NCBI RefSeq assembly: GCF_028368995.1
Contig: NZ_JAQNDL010000001.1
Coordinates: 1,376,001-1,440,000, forward strand
Length of the DNA stretch: 64,000 nt
Reading direction: 5' to 3'
From: Nannocystis bainbridge
Lineage (GTDB): Bacteria; Myxococcota_A; Polyangia; Nannocystales; Nannocystaceae
A program made the translations under genes and the position numbers. Shown piece by piece: positions 29,501 through 39,427 of this stretch. Under the pieces are notes generated by a model that was not told the origin of the DNA, made no database searches, and saw nothing but the letters and a program-made list of their open reading frames with translations. Within the stretch, counting starts at the first letter, position 1; every line of letters starts with the position of its first letter.

Positions 29501-32500
29501 ATGTCGGACGATTCCGCGCCCCTCGGGCTCGACCTCGCCGAAGTCGTCGCCGGCCTGATGCCGCCTGCCTCTTCGGACATGCCCTTGGGGACAGCCTTCT
29601 CGGCCCCGGTGGCGCGGTGGTTCGGCGAGCGGTTCGCCGGCCCGACCGAGGCTCAGCGGCGCGGCTGGGCCGCGATTGGCCGCGGCGAGGACACCCTGGT
29701 CATGGCCCCGACCGGCTCGGGCAAGACCCTCGCCGCCTTCCTCGCCGGCGTCGACGCCCTGGTCCGCCGCGGCCTCGTCGGCGCGCTGCCGGACGGCGTC
29801 ACCATCCTCTACATCTCCCCGCTCAAGGCCCTCGGCGCCGACGTCGAGCGCAACCTGCAACAGCCGCTGCGCGGCATCGAGGCCGCCGCCGCTGCGCTCG
29901 GCACCCCGCTGCCGAAGATCCGCACCGCCCTGCGCACCGGCGACTCGACCGCGACCGAGCGCGCGCGGATCTTGAAGCAGCCGCCGCACCTGCTCATCAC
30001 CACCCCCGAGTCGCTCTACCTGCTGCTCACCTCCGAGCGTGGCCGGGCCGCGCTCGCCGGCTGCCAGCAGGTCATCGTCGACGAGATCCACGCCCTCGTC
30101 GGCAACAAGCGCGGCGCCCACCTGGCCCTCTCGCTCGAGCGCCTCGACGCCCTGTGCGGCCGCAAGCTCCAGCGCATCGGTCTATCGGCCACCGTCGAGC
30201 CGCCGGCCGAGGCCGCCCGCTTCCTCGTCGGACATGTCCTCGAGGCCATGCCCGATCAGACATGCCCTGAAGCCCATGTCCTCGCGGACAGCCCGCGCGC
30301 GCGCCCGTGCCACCTGGTCGACGCCGGCCGGCGCCAGCCGCTCGACGTCGCGGTCGAGGTGCCGCAGGAGACGCTGTCGGCGGTGGCCTCGCGGACCGCG
30401 TGGGACGACCTCTACGCCCGCCTCGAGGCCTACCTCGGCGAGCACCGCACCACCCTGATCTTCGTCCCCAGCCGGCGCCTGGCCGAGCGCATCGCCCACG
30501 ACCTCGAGCAGCGGCTCGGCGAGGGCGTGGTCGCGGCCCACCACGGCGCGCTGGCCAAGCGGACCCGGCAGATGGTCGAGCTCAAGCTGCAGACCGGCGC
30601 GCTCAAGGCCGTGGTCGCCACCGCCTCGCTCGAGCTCGGCATCGACATCGGCGACGTCGAGCTCGTGGTCCAGGTCGGCTCGCCGCGCTCGATCAGCGTC
30701 CTGCGCCAGCGCATCGGCCGGGCCTGCCACTCGGTCGGCGGCACGCCCAAGGGCCGGATCTTCGCCACCACCCGCGACGACCTGATCGAGTGCGCCGCCG
30801 CGGTGCGGGCGATGAAGGAGGGCCGCATCGACCGCCCGGTCCAGCGCGAGGCCCCGCTCGACATCCTCGCCCAGCAGCTGGTCGCCACCTGCAGCGCCGA
30901 GGAGTGGGAGGTCGAGGCGCTGTGGGCCCTGGCCCGCCGCGCCGCCCCCTATGCCACTTTGACGCGCCGCGACTTCGACCAGGTCGTCGCCATGCTCGGC
31001 GACGGCATCGCCACCCGCCGCGGCCGCGCCGGCGCCCTGCTCCACCTCGACCGCATCCACGGCCGCGCCCGCGGCCGCCGCGGCGCCCAGCTGGCCGCCC
31101 TCACCTCCGGCGGGGCTATCCCCGACAAGGCCGACTACACCGTCGTCGAGGACGCCAGCGAGGCCGTGGTCGGCACCGTCGACGAGGACTTCGCGATCGA
31201 CAGCATGGTCGGCGACGTGTTTCGCCTCGGCTCGCACGCGTGGAAGATCCGCCGCGTCGAGGCCGGGCGCGTCCGCGTCGAGGACGCCCGCGGCCAGTCG
31301 CCCGCGATCCCGTTCTGGAACGGCGAGGGCCTGGCCCGCAGCGAGGCGCTGTCGGCCGAGGTCGCGACCTTGCGACATGAACTTTGGGACATGCTCGAAG
31401 GGCAAGCCGACGAGCGCGCCCGCGGCCTGCTGGCCGGCGACTGCGGCCTGTCGCAGCCGGCCATCGACCAGGCGATCGCCTACGTCGCCGAGGGCGCGCG
31501 CGCGCTGGGGGCCGTACCGACCCAGGAGTGCCTGGTCGCCGAGCGCTTCTTCGACGAGGCGGGCGGCATGCAGCTCATCATCCACGCCCCGTTCGGCGCC
31601 CGCATCAACCGCGCCTTCGGCATGGGCCTGCGCAAGAAGTTCTGCCGCACCTTCGACTTCGAGCTGCAGGCGGCCGCCACCGACGACGCGGTGCTGCTGT
31701 CGCTCGGCCCGCAGCACTCGTTCCCGCTCGAGGCGATCTTCCACTTCCTCCACGAGGAGGCGGTCGACGAGGCGCTGACGCAGGCGGCCTTGCAGTCGCC
31801 GATGTGGGAGACCCGCTGGCGGTGGAACGCGACCCGCTCGCTCGCCGTGCTGCGCCACCAGGGCAGCCGCCGGACCCCGCCGCCGATCCTGCGCATGAAG
31901 GCCGCCGACCTGCTGGCGGCCGTGTTCCCGGCCCAGGCCGGCTGCCAGGACAACCACGGCGGCGAGACCATCGAGCCGCCCGACCACCCGCTGGTCCACG
32001 AGACCACCCGCGACTGCCTGCACGAGGCCATGGACGCCGACGGCCTCAAGGCCGTGCTGCGGCGGCTGCACGGCGGCGAGATCCGGGCCCTCGCGCGCGA
32101 CACCGTCGCCCCCTCGCCGTTCTCGCACGGCATCCTGGCCGCCAACCCGTTCGCCTTCCTCGACGACGCCCCGCTCGAGGAGCGCTGGGCGCGTCAGGTC
32201 AAGACGGCCCGCCCCGGCGAGCTCGCGCTGCGCGGCGGCGACCTGCTCGGCCTCGACCCGCGCGCCATCGAGTCGGTGATCGCCGCCGTCGCCATCGAGG
32301 GCCCGGCCGGCCCGCGCGACGCCGACGAGCTGCACGACCTGCTGTGCGCCCCGCGGCTGCTGGCGCCGCGCCGCGAATGGGCCGACTCGTTCGCCGCCCT
32401 GGTCCGCGCCGGCCGGGCCGCCCTGCTCCGCCGCCCCGCATCGGATGTCCCCGGGGACATGTCCTCTGGGCCATTGTACATAGCCGCCGAGGTCATCCCG

Positions 32501-33877
32501 CTGGCGCTCGCGCTGTGGCCGGCCGCCACCACCGAGCCGGCGATCGCCCTGCCGCCGGCGCTGTCGGGCCCGATCGACCCCGAGGAGGCGGCGCTGCGGC
32601 TGGTCCGCGCGTTCGTGCAGACCGCCGCGCCGATGACCGCCGCCGCCCTCGCCTCCGCCCTCGGCCTGACCCGCGCCGACACCGAGGGCGCGCTGGCCCG
32701 GCTCGAGCTCGACGGCATCGTCCTCCAGGGCCAGTTCTCCACGCCGGCCGCCCCCGAGCCCGAATGGTGCGAGCGCCGCCTCCTGCAGCGGATCCACCGG
32801 CTCACGCTCGGGCGCCTGCGCGAAGAGGTGCGGGCGGTCGCGCCGGCCGAATTGGTGCGCTTCCTGGCCCGCTGGCAGCACGTCCAGCCCGGCACGCAAT
32901 TGCACGGACCGGAGGGCCTGCTCCGCGTCATCGAACAATTGGAGGGCATGGAGCTGCCGGCGCAATCGTGGGAGCGCGACGTCCTGCCGCGGCGCGTCCG
33001 CGACTACGACCCGGCCTGGCTCGACGAGCTTTGCCTCGCCGGCGAGGTCGCCTGGGGCCGCCTCACGCCGCTGCCGGCCGAGGGCTTGGAGCCCGGCGAG
33101 CTGCCGCGCGGCGCCGGCAAGGTCGCCCTGTTCCTGCGCGCCCACGCCCCGACCCTGGTCGCCCCGAGCGCCACCCCGCCCCACGAATGGCCGCACCTGT
33201 CGCAGCTCGCCCGCGACGTCGCCCGCGCGCTCGAGCGCGGCGCCGCCTTCGCCGCCGACCTGCGCGCCGCCACCGGGGCCGGCCACGACGACCTCGAGGA
33301 GGCGCTGTGGGAGCTCGCCCGCGCCGGCGCGATCACCAGCGACGGCTTCGCCGGCCTGCGCGCCCTGTGCGAGACCGTCGACCCGCGCAAGGGCCCGCGC
33401 CGGCTGCTGCGCGGCCGCTGGTCGCTGCTCGCCCGCGACCTGTGCGAACGGCCAGATCCATTCGGCGACGGCAGCCCGGTCGAGCTGGCCCGCCTCTACC
33501 TGCGCCGCTACGGCGTGGTCGCCCGCCCGCTGCTGACCCGCGAGACCGGGGCCCCGCCGTGGCGCGCGCTGCTCGACGTCTACCGCCGGCTCGAGGCGCG
33601 CGGGGAGATCCGCGGCGGCCGCTTCGTCGCCGGCCAGCAGGGCGAGCAGTTCGCCCTGCCCGAGGCGGTCGAGGCCCTGGCCGGCCTGCGCCGCGTCCCG
33701 GCCGACGCCGAGGAGCTCGAGGTCGCCGCCGTCGACCCGCTCAACCTGGTCGGCATCATCACCCCCGGCCCGCGCGTGCCCGCCGTGCGCGGCCAGCTGC
33801 TGCGCTACCGCGACGGCGCCCCGATCGCCGTCACCCGCCCGCTCGCCGGCGCCAGCCTCGCGGGCTTCGCGGTCTAG
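29501..33877 (+). CDS. lhr: Lhr-family SF2 helicase, long form with C-terminal winged-helix/glycosylase-like region
   Basis: APTGSGKTLAAF, YISPLKAL, ITTPESLY, DEIH, GLSAT, SLELGIDIG and QRIGRA motifs; GEIRGGRFV tail; 1458 aa. Confidence 0.93.
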   Translation: MSDDSAPLGLDLAEVVAGLMPPASSDMPLGTAFSAPVARWFGERFAGPTEAQRRGWAAIGRGEDTLVMAPTGSGKTLAAFLAGVDALVRRGLVGALPDGVTILYISPLKALGADVERNLQQPLRGIEAAAAALGTPLPKIRTALRTGDSTATERARILKQPPHLLITTPESLYLLLTSERGRAALAGCQQVIVDEIHALVGNKRGAHLALSLERLDALCGRKLQRIGLSATVEPPAEAARFLVGHVLEAMPDQTCPEAHVLADSPRARPCHLVDAGRRQPLDVAVEVPQETLSAVASRTAWDDLYARLEAYLGEHRTTLIFVPSRRLAERIAHDLEQRLGEGVVAAHHGALAKRTRQMVELKLQTGALKAVVATASLELGIDIGDVELVVQVGSPRSISVLRQRIGRACHSVGGTPKGRIFATTRDDLIECAAAVRAMKEGRIDRPVQREAPLDILAQQLVATCSAEEWEVEALWALARRAAPYATLTRRDFDQVVAMLGDGIATRRGRAGALLHLDRIHGRARGRRGAQLAALTSGGAIPDKADYTVVEDASEAVVGTVDEDFAIDSMVGDVFRLGSHAWKIRRVEAGRVRVEDARGQSPAIPFWNGEGLARSEALSAEVATLRHELWDMLEGQADERARGLLAGDCGLSQPAIDQAIAYVAEGARALGAVPTQECLVAERFFDEAGGMQLIIHAPFGARINRAFGMGLRKKFCRTFDFELQAAATDDAVLLSLGPQHSFPLEAIFHFLHEEAVDEALTQAALQSPMWETRWRWNATRSLAVLRHQGSRRTPPPILRMKAADLLAAVFPAQAGCQDNHGGETIEPPDHPLVHETTRDCLHEAMDADGLKAVLRRLHGGEIRALARDTVAPSPFSHGILAANPFAFLDDAPLEERWARQVKTARPGELALRGGDLLGLDPRAIESVIAAVAIEGPAGPRDADELHDLLCAPRLLAPRREWADSFAALVRAGRAALLRRPASDVPGDMSSGPLYIAAEVIPLALALWPAATTEPAIALPPALSGPIDPEEAALRLVRAFVQTAAPMTAAALASALGLTRADTEGALARLELDGIVLQGQFSTPAAPEPEWCERRLLQRIHRLTLGRLREEVRAVAPAELVRFLARWQHVQPGTQLHGPEGLLRVIEQLEGMELPAQSWERDVLPRRVRDYDPAWLDELCLAGEVAWGRLTPLPAEGLEPGELPRGAGKVALFLRAHAPTLVAPSATPPHEWPHLSQLARDVARALERGAAFAADLRAATGAGHDDLEEALWELARAGAITSDGFAGLRALCETVDPRKGPRRLLRGRWSLLARDLCERPDPFGDGSPVELARLYLRRYGVVARPLLTRETGAPPWRALLDVYRRLEARGEIRGGRFVAGQQGEQFALPEAVEALAGLRRVPADAEELEVAAVDPLNLVGIITPGPRVPAVRGQLLRYRDGAPIAVTRPLAGASLAGFAV
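30229..30292. repeat. In-frame intragenic 14-bp-phased array in lhr
   Basis: CATG at 30233, 30247, 30261, 30275 and CAGC at 30289; encodes GHVLEAMPDQTCPEAHVLADS. Confidence 0.85.
32444..32476. repeat. Intragenic short 14-bp-phased array in lhr
   Basis: Cores at 32444, 32458 and 32472 (TGTCCCCGGGGACA-TGTCCTCTGGGCCA). Confidence 0.7.
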
Positions 33878-33880
33878 GCA

Positions 33881-33970
33881 CCTGCCCGCACGGGCATGCC
33901 CGAACGAGCATGTCCGAACAGGCATGTCTGAAAGAGCATGATCGTTCAAACATGTCCTGAAGGCCATCCT
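33881..33970. repeat. 14-bp-phased palindromic array
   Basis: Cores at 33881, 33895, 33909, 33923, 33937, 33951 and 33965, starting 4 bp after the lhr stop. Confidence 0.92.
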
Positions 33971-34149
33971 ATCTCGGATGCTCCAGCCTCGGAGCTCGCG
34001 GTCGCTGCGGCGACTCGCGCGCGCGACTCACCCGCTCGTTCGGGCGTCTCTTGAAGGAGACCGTCCGGGTCCAGCGCGATCTGGCGCTCGCCCGCGGCAG
34101 CGAGCGCTCGCAACGCTCGCTGCCTCTCCAGCGATCGCCACGTCCGGCT

Positions 34150-35025
34150 TCACTCGCCGAGGCGGACCCGACGCAGCAGCACCTCTTGCGACACCGGGTA
34201 ATGATTGGACTCGCCGATCACCACCTCGCCGGCGTCGACCGCGTACGCGTGCTCCGCGTCGATCGCCAGGCTCCCGCGGTGCTGCGAGATCAGGTGCAGC
34301 TCCGCCTTGCCCGGGTCGCTGAGGTCGATCTGCGCCGGCGTCCCGTCGCCCCCGGTGTCGTCCGACACCGGGCACACGGACGAAAAATCGTAGACCAGCG
34401 GCAAGAACGCCTCCGGGTAGCCCGAGTTGTTGTCGATCCCGCCGGACACCGCCACCACCAGGATCGCGTCGTCCGCGGCCGCGCGCAGCTGCACGATGCG
34501 GCGGCTGGCGAAATCGAAGTTCTTGTCGACCAGCAGCCGCACCGCCGCTCCCGCGTCCCAGGCGACCGCGCCCTCGGGCGCCACCGCGAAGCGCAGCGAC
34601 GCCGGCTCGGGCGCCCCCTCGACCTCGCAGGTTATCGCCGTCGTCACCGCCGCGTCGGCCACGGTCACGCCATCGACCACACACTGCACGTCGAACTCGG
34701 CGAAATTGCCGGCCTCCCAGTCCTTGAACACCAGCTCGAACGCCGCGTTCGCGGCCGGATCGGGCTGCTCGCACTCCGCTGGCGACGGATCTCCGGTCTC
34801 CGACTCGCCCGCCGTCGCCGGCTCCTCCGTCTCGCCTGCCGTCGCCGGCTCGCCCGTCTCCGTCTCGCCTGCCGTCGCCGGCTCGCCCGTCTCCGTCTCG
34901 CCTGCCGTCGCCGGCTCGCCCGTCTCCGTCTCGCCCGACTCGCTCGTCTCACCCTTGTCGCTCGGGCAGCCGGACAGCGCCCATATCGCCGTCAATGCCG
35001 TGAAATGCTTAAGGCTAAAATGCAT
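34150..35025 (-). CDS. Lipoprotein with acidic 11-aa repeats
   Basis: MHFSLKHFTALTAIWALSGC lipobox; GETETGEPATA repeats. Confidence 0.8.
   Translation of the reverse strand: MHFSLKHFTALTAIWALSGCPSDKGETSESGETETGEPATAGETETGEPATAGETETGEPATAGETEEPATAGESETGDPSPAECEQPDPAANAAFELVFKDWEAGNFAEFDVQCVVDGVTVADAAVTTAITCEVEGAPEPASLRFAVAPEGAVAWDAGAAVRLLVDKNFDFASRRIVQLRAAADDAILVVAVSGGIDNNSGYPEAFLPLVYDFSSVCPVSDDTGGDGTPAQIDLSDPGKAELHLISQHRGSLAIDAEHAYAVDAGEVVIGESNHYPVSQEVLLRRVRLGE
34811..34936 (-). repeat. 33-bp coding tandem repeat (3 copies plus one shorter)
   Basis: GCCGTCGCCGGCTCGCCCGTCTCCGTCTCGCCT (plus strand) at 34838, 34871 and 34904. Confidence 0.9.
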
Positions 35026-35249
35026 GCACCCAGTCTGAAAGCGGACGCGACCCCGTTCAAGGCCGATCGCGCCGAACGGCCCGCACGCCGGCGAAGTATG
35101 GCCTCCGTCGCCATCGATCTGTCTCTTCGGACATATCATCGAAGCCTCGTCGTCGGCCCCTATGACTGCGATGTCGCATTGCCCCACGGTCGACCTCACC
35201 CGAGCGCGAGTTCGCGCCCTCGCACCGCCGACGACCGCGCAGTCCGCAG

Positions 35250-35274
35250 GCCACATGTCTCAAGAGACATGTTT
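35250..35274. repeat. Short element of the 14-bp palindrome family upstream of mbnP
   Basis: ACATGTCTCAAGAGACATGT; CATG at 35254 and 35268. Confidence 0.7.
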
Positions 35275-35384
35275 TGCCTGACCGCCCTCGGCAAAAGTGT
35301 CCTGCGACACCCGGTCGCACGGCCTGCGCGCTGCGACCTCGCGTCGCATCCCCGGGCGGCGCGACCTCCGCTATTCGTGTTCGA

Positions 35385-36218
35385 GTGAGAGCCCGCGCCC
35401 TGCCCGTCCTCCTCCTCCTCGCCTCGGCCTGCGCCGCGGGCGACCGCGAAGTCACCCTCCGCTTCGACGCGCGGCTCGGCAGCGAGCCGTTCGCCTGCGG
35501 CCGCGATTTCGCCGGGATCGGCACCTCGGGCGCCACCGTCACCCCGCTCGATTTCCGCGTCTACGTCCACGACGTCGCGCTCGTGCGCGCCGGCGGCGAG
35601 CGGGTCCCGCTGGTCGTCACCGACGACGACACCTGGCAGCACGACGGCCTGGTGCTGCTCGACTTCGAGGACGGCAGCGGCGCCTGCATGACCGGCAGCC
35701 CGGGCAAAAACGCCGAGGTCCGCGGCACCGCCCCCGACCACGACGATTACACCGGCGTCGAGTTCATCGTCGGCGTGCCCGACGAACAGAACCACCTCGA
35801 CGGCGCCACCGCCCCCGCGCCGCTCAACGCTCAGGGCCTGTGGTGGAGCTGGGCCGGCGGCTACAAGTACGTGCGCCTCGACGTGCGCCCGAGCACCCAG
35901 CCCGAATTCTTCTACCACCTCGGCGCCACCTCCTGCGCCGGCAGCGTCGCCGAGGGCTTCACCTGCGCCCATGCCAACCTCGCCACCGTGCGCCTCGACG
36001 GCTTCGACCCTGACAGCAACACCATCAAGATCGACGGCGCGGCGATCCTCGCCGGCGTCGACGTCGAGAAGGTCCCCGACGGCACCTCCGACAAGCTGCC
36101 CGGCTGCATGGCCTTCCCCGGCGACCCCGAGTGCCCGGCGATGCTCGCCCCGCTCGGCCTGCGCTACGAGAGCGACGAGGCCGGCGTCGCCCAGACCGTC
36201 TTCTCCGTCGTCGACTGA
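35385..36218 (+). CDS. mbnP: MbnP-family copper-binding lipoprotein
   Basis: DFRVYVHDV, LLDFEDG, GLWWSWAGGYKY (WxW motif) and HLGATSC; adjacent to an MbnH-like gene. GTG start inferred. Confidence 0.85.
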   Translation: MRARALPVLLLLASACAAGDREVTLRFDARLGSEPFACGRDFAGIGTSGATVTPLDFRVYVHDVALVRAGGERVPLVVTDDDTWQHDGLVLLDFEDGSGACMTGSPGKNAEVRGTAPDHDDYTGVEFIVGVPDEQNHLDGATAPAPLNAQGLWWSWAGGYKYVRLDVRPSTQPEFFYHLGATSCAGSVAEGFTCAHANLATVRLDGFDPDSNTIKIDGAAILAGVDVEKVPDGTSDKLPGCMAFPGDPECPAMLAPLGLRYESDEAGVAQTVFSVVD

Positions 36219-36227
36219 GGTCTCGCC

Positions 36228-36728
36228 ATGCACCGCGCGCTGCTCATCCTCCTCCTCGCCGCCCCGCTCGCCTGCGACGATCCCGGCGATCCCGCCCCGT
36301 TCATGGGCGACGACGATTTCGTCCGCGATCCCGCGCTCGACGTCGAGCTCGTCAGCGCCCACGGCGACGCCATCAGCCACGCCACCGGCGACAACTGCAT
36401 GCGCTGTCACCAGGAGAACGGCCCCGCGCCCGGCAAGTTCACCGCCGCCGGCACCCTCCACGACGCTTCGGGCGCCCCGTACGCGGACGGCCTCGTCGAG
36501 CTGCGCAGCGCCCCTGACGGCCTGGGCGACCTCGTCGCCGCGGTCGAGGTCGACAGCCTCGGCAACTTCTACACCACCGAGCCGCTGCCGCTGCCCGCCT
36601 CGTCTCTGTTCCCCACGGTGTACAGTGGCGACGGTGCGCGCAAGAGCTTCATGCCGTTCCCCACCAGCTCGGGCGCGTGCAACGTCTGCCACGCCGGCAG
36701 CTTCGGCGTGCGGCTCCCGGAGGCCTGA
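36228..36728 (+). CDS. Di-haem c-type cytochrome lipoprotein
   Basis: Lipobox PLAC; CMRCH and CNVCH; RBS GAGG. Confidence 0.85.
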   Translation: MHRALLILLLAAPLACDDPGDPAPFMGDDDFVRDPALDVELVSAHGDAISHATGDNCMRCHQENGPAPGKFTAAGTLHDASGAPYADGLVELRSAPDGLGDLVAAVEVDSLGNFYTTEPLPLPASSLFPTVYSGDGARKSFMPFPTSSGACNVCHAGSFGVRLPEA

Positions 36729-36729
36729 C

Positions 36730-37851
36730 GTGCGGCGCGCGGCTGTCCTTTGCGCCCTGTTCCTCGGGGCATGTCCCGAAGACCAGGCCCCGGCCGAGGC
36801 GCCGTGGGAGTGGCAGTTGCCGCCGGGCTTCCCCGAGCCGTTCGTGCCCGCGGACGACCCGATGTCCGCCGCCAAGGTCGAGCTCGGGCGCCACGTCTTC
36901 TACGACGAGCGGCTGTCGCACAACGAGACCATGTCGTGCGCCACCTGCCACGAGCAGGCGCGGGCCTTCACCGACGGCAAGGCCACCACCATCGGCTCGA
37001 CCGGCCACGTGCTCCCGCGCAACGCCATGAGCCTCACCAACGTCGCCTTCCAGTCGGTCTACACCTGGGCCAACCCCAAGCTGTCGACCCTCGAGGAGCA
37101 GGCGCTGGTGCCGATGTTCGCTGACTTCCCGCTCGAGCTCGGGGTCCAGCAGGACACCGACGCGATCGTCCGCCGCTTCGCCGACGACCCCGAATATCAA
37201 GAGCTGTTCGCCGCCGCCTACCCCGACGACGCCGACCCGTTCACCGTCGAGCGCATCGTCGGGGCCCTGGCGTCGTTCCAGCGCACGCTCATCTCGGGCG
37301 ACAGCGCCTACGACCGCTTCATCTACGACGGCGACGCCGCGGCGATGTCCGAGTCGGCGCAGCGCGGCATGGCCCTGTTCTTCTCCGAGACCGGCGAGTG
37401 CTATCATTGCCACGCCGGGCCCAACTTCTCGACGTCGTTCCGCAGCGCCGCCACCGAGCCCGGCCCGCCCGACTTCCAGAACAACGGCCTCTACGACCTC
37501 GACGGCGCCGGCGCCTACCCGGCCGGCAACGGCGGCCTCTACGAGTTCACCGGCGACCCGCGCGACCAGGGCAAGTTCCGCGTGCCGACCCTGCGCAACA
37601 TCGCAGTGACCGCGCCGTACATGCACGACGGCAGCATCGCCACCCTGGCCGAGGTCGTCGACCACTACGCCGCCGGCGGCCGCGTCACCGCCGAGGGTCC
37701 GCTCGCCGGCGACGGCCGCAAGAACCCCAACAAGAGCCCGCTGGTCCGCGAGGTCGAGCTGTCCCCGCAGGACCGCGCCGACCTGGTCGCGTTCCTCGAG
37801 AGCCTCACCGACGACGCGTTCCTGACCGACCCGAAATTCGGCCCGCCGTGA
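36730..37851 (+). CDS. mbnH: MbnH-family di-haem enzyme (bCcP/MauG superfamily)
   Basis: KVELGRHVFYD, CATCH, CYHCH and FRVPTLRNIAVTAPYMHDGS motifs; GTG start with LGAC lipobox. Confidence 0.88.
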   Translation: MRRAAVLCALFLGACPEDQAPAEAPWEWQLPPGFPEPFVPADDPMSAAKVELGRHVFYDERLSHNETMSCATCHEQARAFTDGKATTIGSTGHVLPRNAMSLTNVAFQSVYTWANPKLSTLEEQALVPMFADFPLELGVQQDTDAIVRRFADDPEYQELFAAAYPDDADPFTVERIVGALASFQRTLISGDSAYDRFIYDGDAAAMSESAQRGMALFFSETGECYHCHAGPNFSTSFRSAATEPGPPDFQNNGLYDLDGAGAYPAGNGGLYEFTGDPRDQGKFRVPTLRNIAVTAPYMHDGSIATLAEVVDHYAAGGRVTAEGPLAGDGRKNPNKSPLVREVELSPQDRADLVAFLESLTDDAFLTDPKFGPP

Positions 37852-38190
37852 CCGCAGCCGGCCACGGCGGCCACCGGCTCATTCGCGCGACGGGTACACG
37901 CCCTCGACGGCGATGATGTAACGCAGGCATCCGCCAGGTCGCGCATAGCCTCGCCCCCGCGCGGCTCCGGACGCGCATCGCATCCGACCGGCGAGACCGA
38001 GGGTCGAGAGCTCGCACCCATTGTAGACACGCGCTCCCGCCATTGCGCCTCCTAAAATCCGTGAACTCGCTCAGGATCGCCACGCTGCCCTCCGCGCGCT
38101 CGCTGCCAACGGTCCGCGGTGGCGCGTCCTTCGCTCTCGACTCGGCGAGAGGCGGCCACACTCGAGTCTTCGACGAGCCGCCGCCCGCGC

Positions 38191-39165
38191 CTACGGCACC
38201 AGCACCAGCTTGCCCAGCACCTCGCGCCGCTCCATCCGCGTCAGCGCCTCGCCGGCCTGCTCGAACGGCAGCGTCGCGTCGAGGTGCGGCCGCAGCTTGC
38301 CCTCGGCCACGGCCGCGAGGATGCGCTCGGCGTTGAGGCGGTTGCGCGCCGACTCGCGGGCCGCGAACGCGCCCCAGAACACGCCGACGATCTGGCAGCC
38401 CTTGAGCAGGACGAGGTTGAGCGGGATCTTGGGGATCTCGCCGGCGGCGAAGCCGACCACCAGATAGCGGCCCTTCCAGGCGATCGAGCGCAGGGCCGGC
38501 TCGGCGAACGGGCCGCCGACGGCGTCGTAGACCACGTCGACGCCCTCACCGCCGGTCAGCTGCTTGCAGCGCTCTTTGAGATCCTCGTGCGTGTACTCGA
38601 CGCCCTCGTCGGCCCCGCGCTCGCGGCAGAACGTCAGCTTCTCGCGGGTCGACGCCGCCGCGATCACCCGCGCCCCGAGCAGCTTGCCGATCTCGACCGC
38701 CGCGATGCCGACGCCGCCGGCCGCTCCGAGCACCAGCAGCGTCTCGCCCGGCTTGAGCTCGGCGCGGTCGACCAGCGCGTGCCACGTCGTCCCGTAGGTC
38801 AGCAACGTCGCCGCCGCGACCTCGAACCCGACCCCGTCCGGCAGCTTCACCACCGCCGTCGCCGGCACCACGACCCGCTCCGCGAACGCGCCGTGGACCA
38901 GCGTGGTCGCCACGCGATCGCCGACCGCCACCGCCGTGACCCCGTCGCCGACCGCCGCCACCTCGCCCGCCGCCTCCCCGCCCGGCACGAACGGCAGCGC
39001 CGGCTTGAACTGATACTTGCCGTGCGACAGCAGCACGTCGGGGAAGTTGACGCCGGCCGCTCGCACGTCGAGCAGCACCTCGCCCGGGCCCGGCACCGGC
39101 TCCGGCAATTCGTCGACGCGGAGGCCCGAGGGCCCGACCAGCTCGTGAACACGGACGGCGCGCAT
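38191..39165 (-). CDS. NADPH:quinone oxidoreductase (MDR superfamily)
   Basis: AAGVNFPD, PGGEAAG, GAAGGVG and GVDVVYDAVGG motifs. Confidence 0.93.
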   Translation of the reverse strand: MRAVRVHELVGPSGLRVDELPEPVPGPGEVLLDVRAAGVNFPDVLLSHGKYQFKPALPFVPGGEAAGEVAAVGDGVTAVAVGDRVATTLVHGAFAERVVVPATAVVKLPDGVGFEVAAATLLTYGTTWHALVDRAELKPGETLLVLGAAGGVGIAAVEIGKLLGARVIAAASTREKLTFCRERGADEGVEYTHEDLKERCKQLTGGEGVDVVYDAVGGPFAEPALRSIAWKGRYLVVGFAAGEIPKIPLNLVLLKGCQIVGVFWGAFAARESARNRLNAERILAAVAEGKLRPHLDATLPFEQAGEALTRMERREVLGKLVLVP

Positions 39166-39320
39166 GCGAGCGGGACTCTAGCAAGCACCCCCTCGCCCGT
39201 CGAGCGAGCCGCCGCCAGCCGCAGGGAGCTCGCTGCGGACATTCGTCTGTCCACAAGGACAGACTCGGTGCGCCCGTTGCCGCTAGAGTCCCGCGCGGTG
39301 ACTTCGCATCGGCTTCACCT

Positions 39321-39373
39321 AACCCATATTCGCTTGAACATGTCTTTAAGGACATTCTTGCTTCGACATGTCA
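39321..39373. repeat. 14-bp-phased array at the 5' edge of the low-GC AIPR segment
   Basis: Cores at 39325, 39339, 39353 and 39367. Confidence 0.8.
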
Positions 39374-39427
39374 TCTCGCATAAGACTGGCGCAAATATCA
39401 CACATGAACACATGAACAGCATGACAA

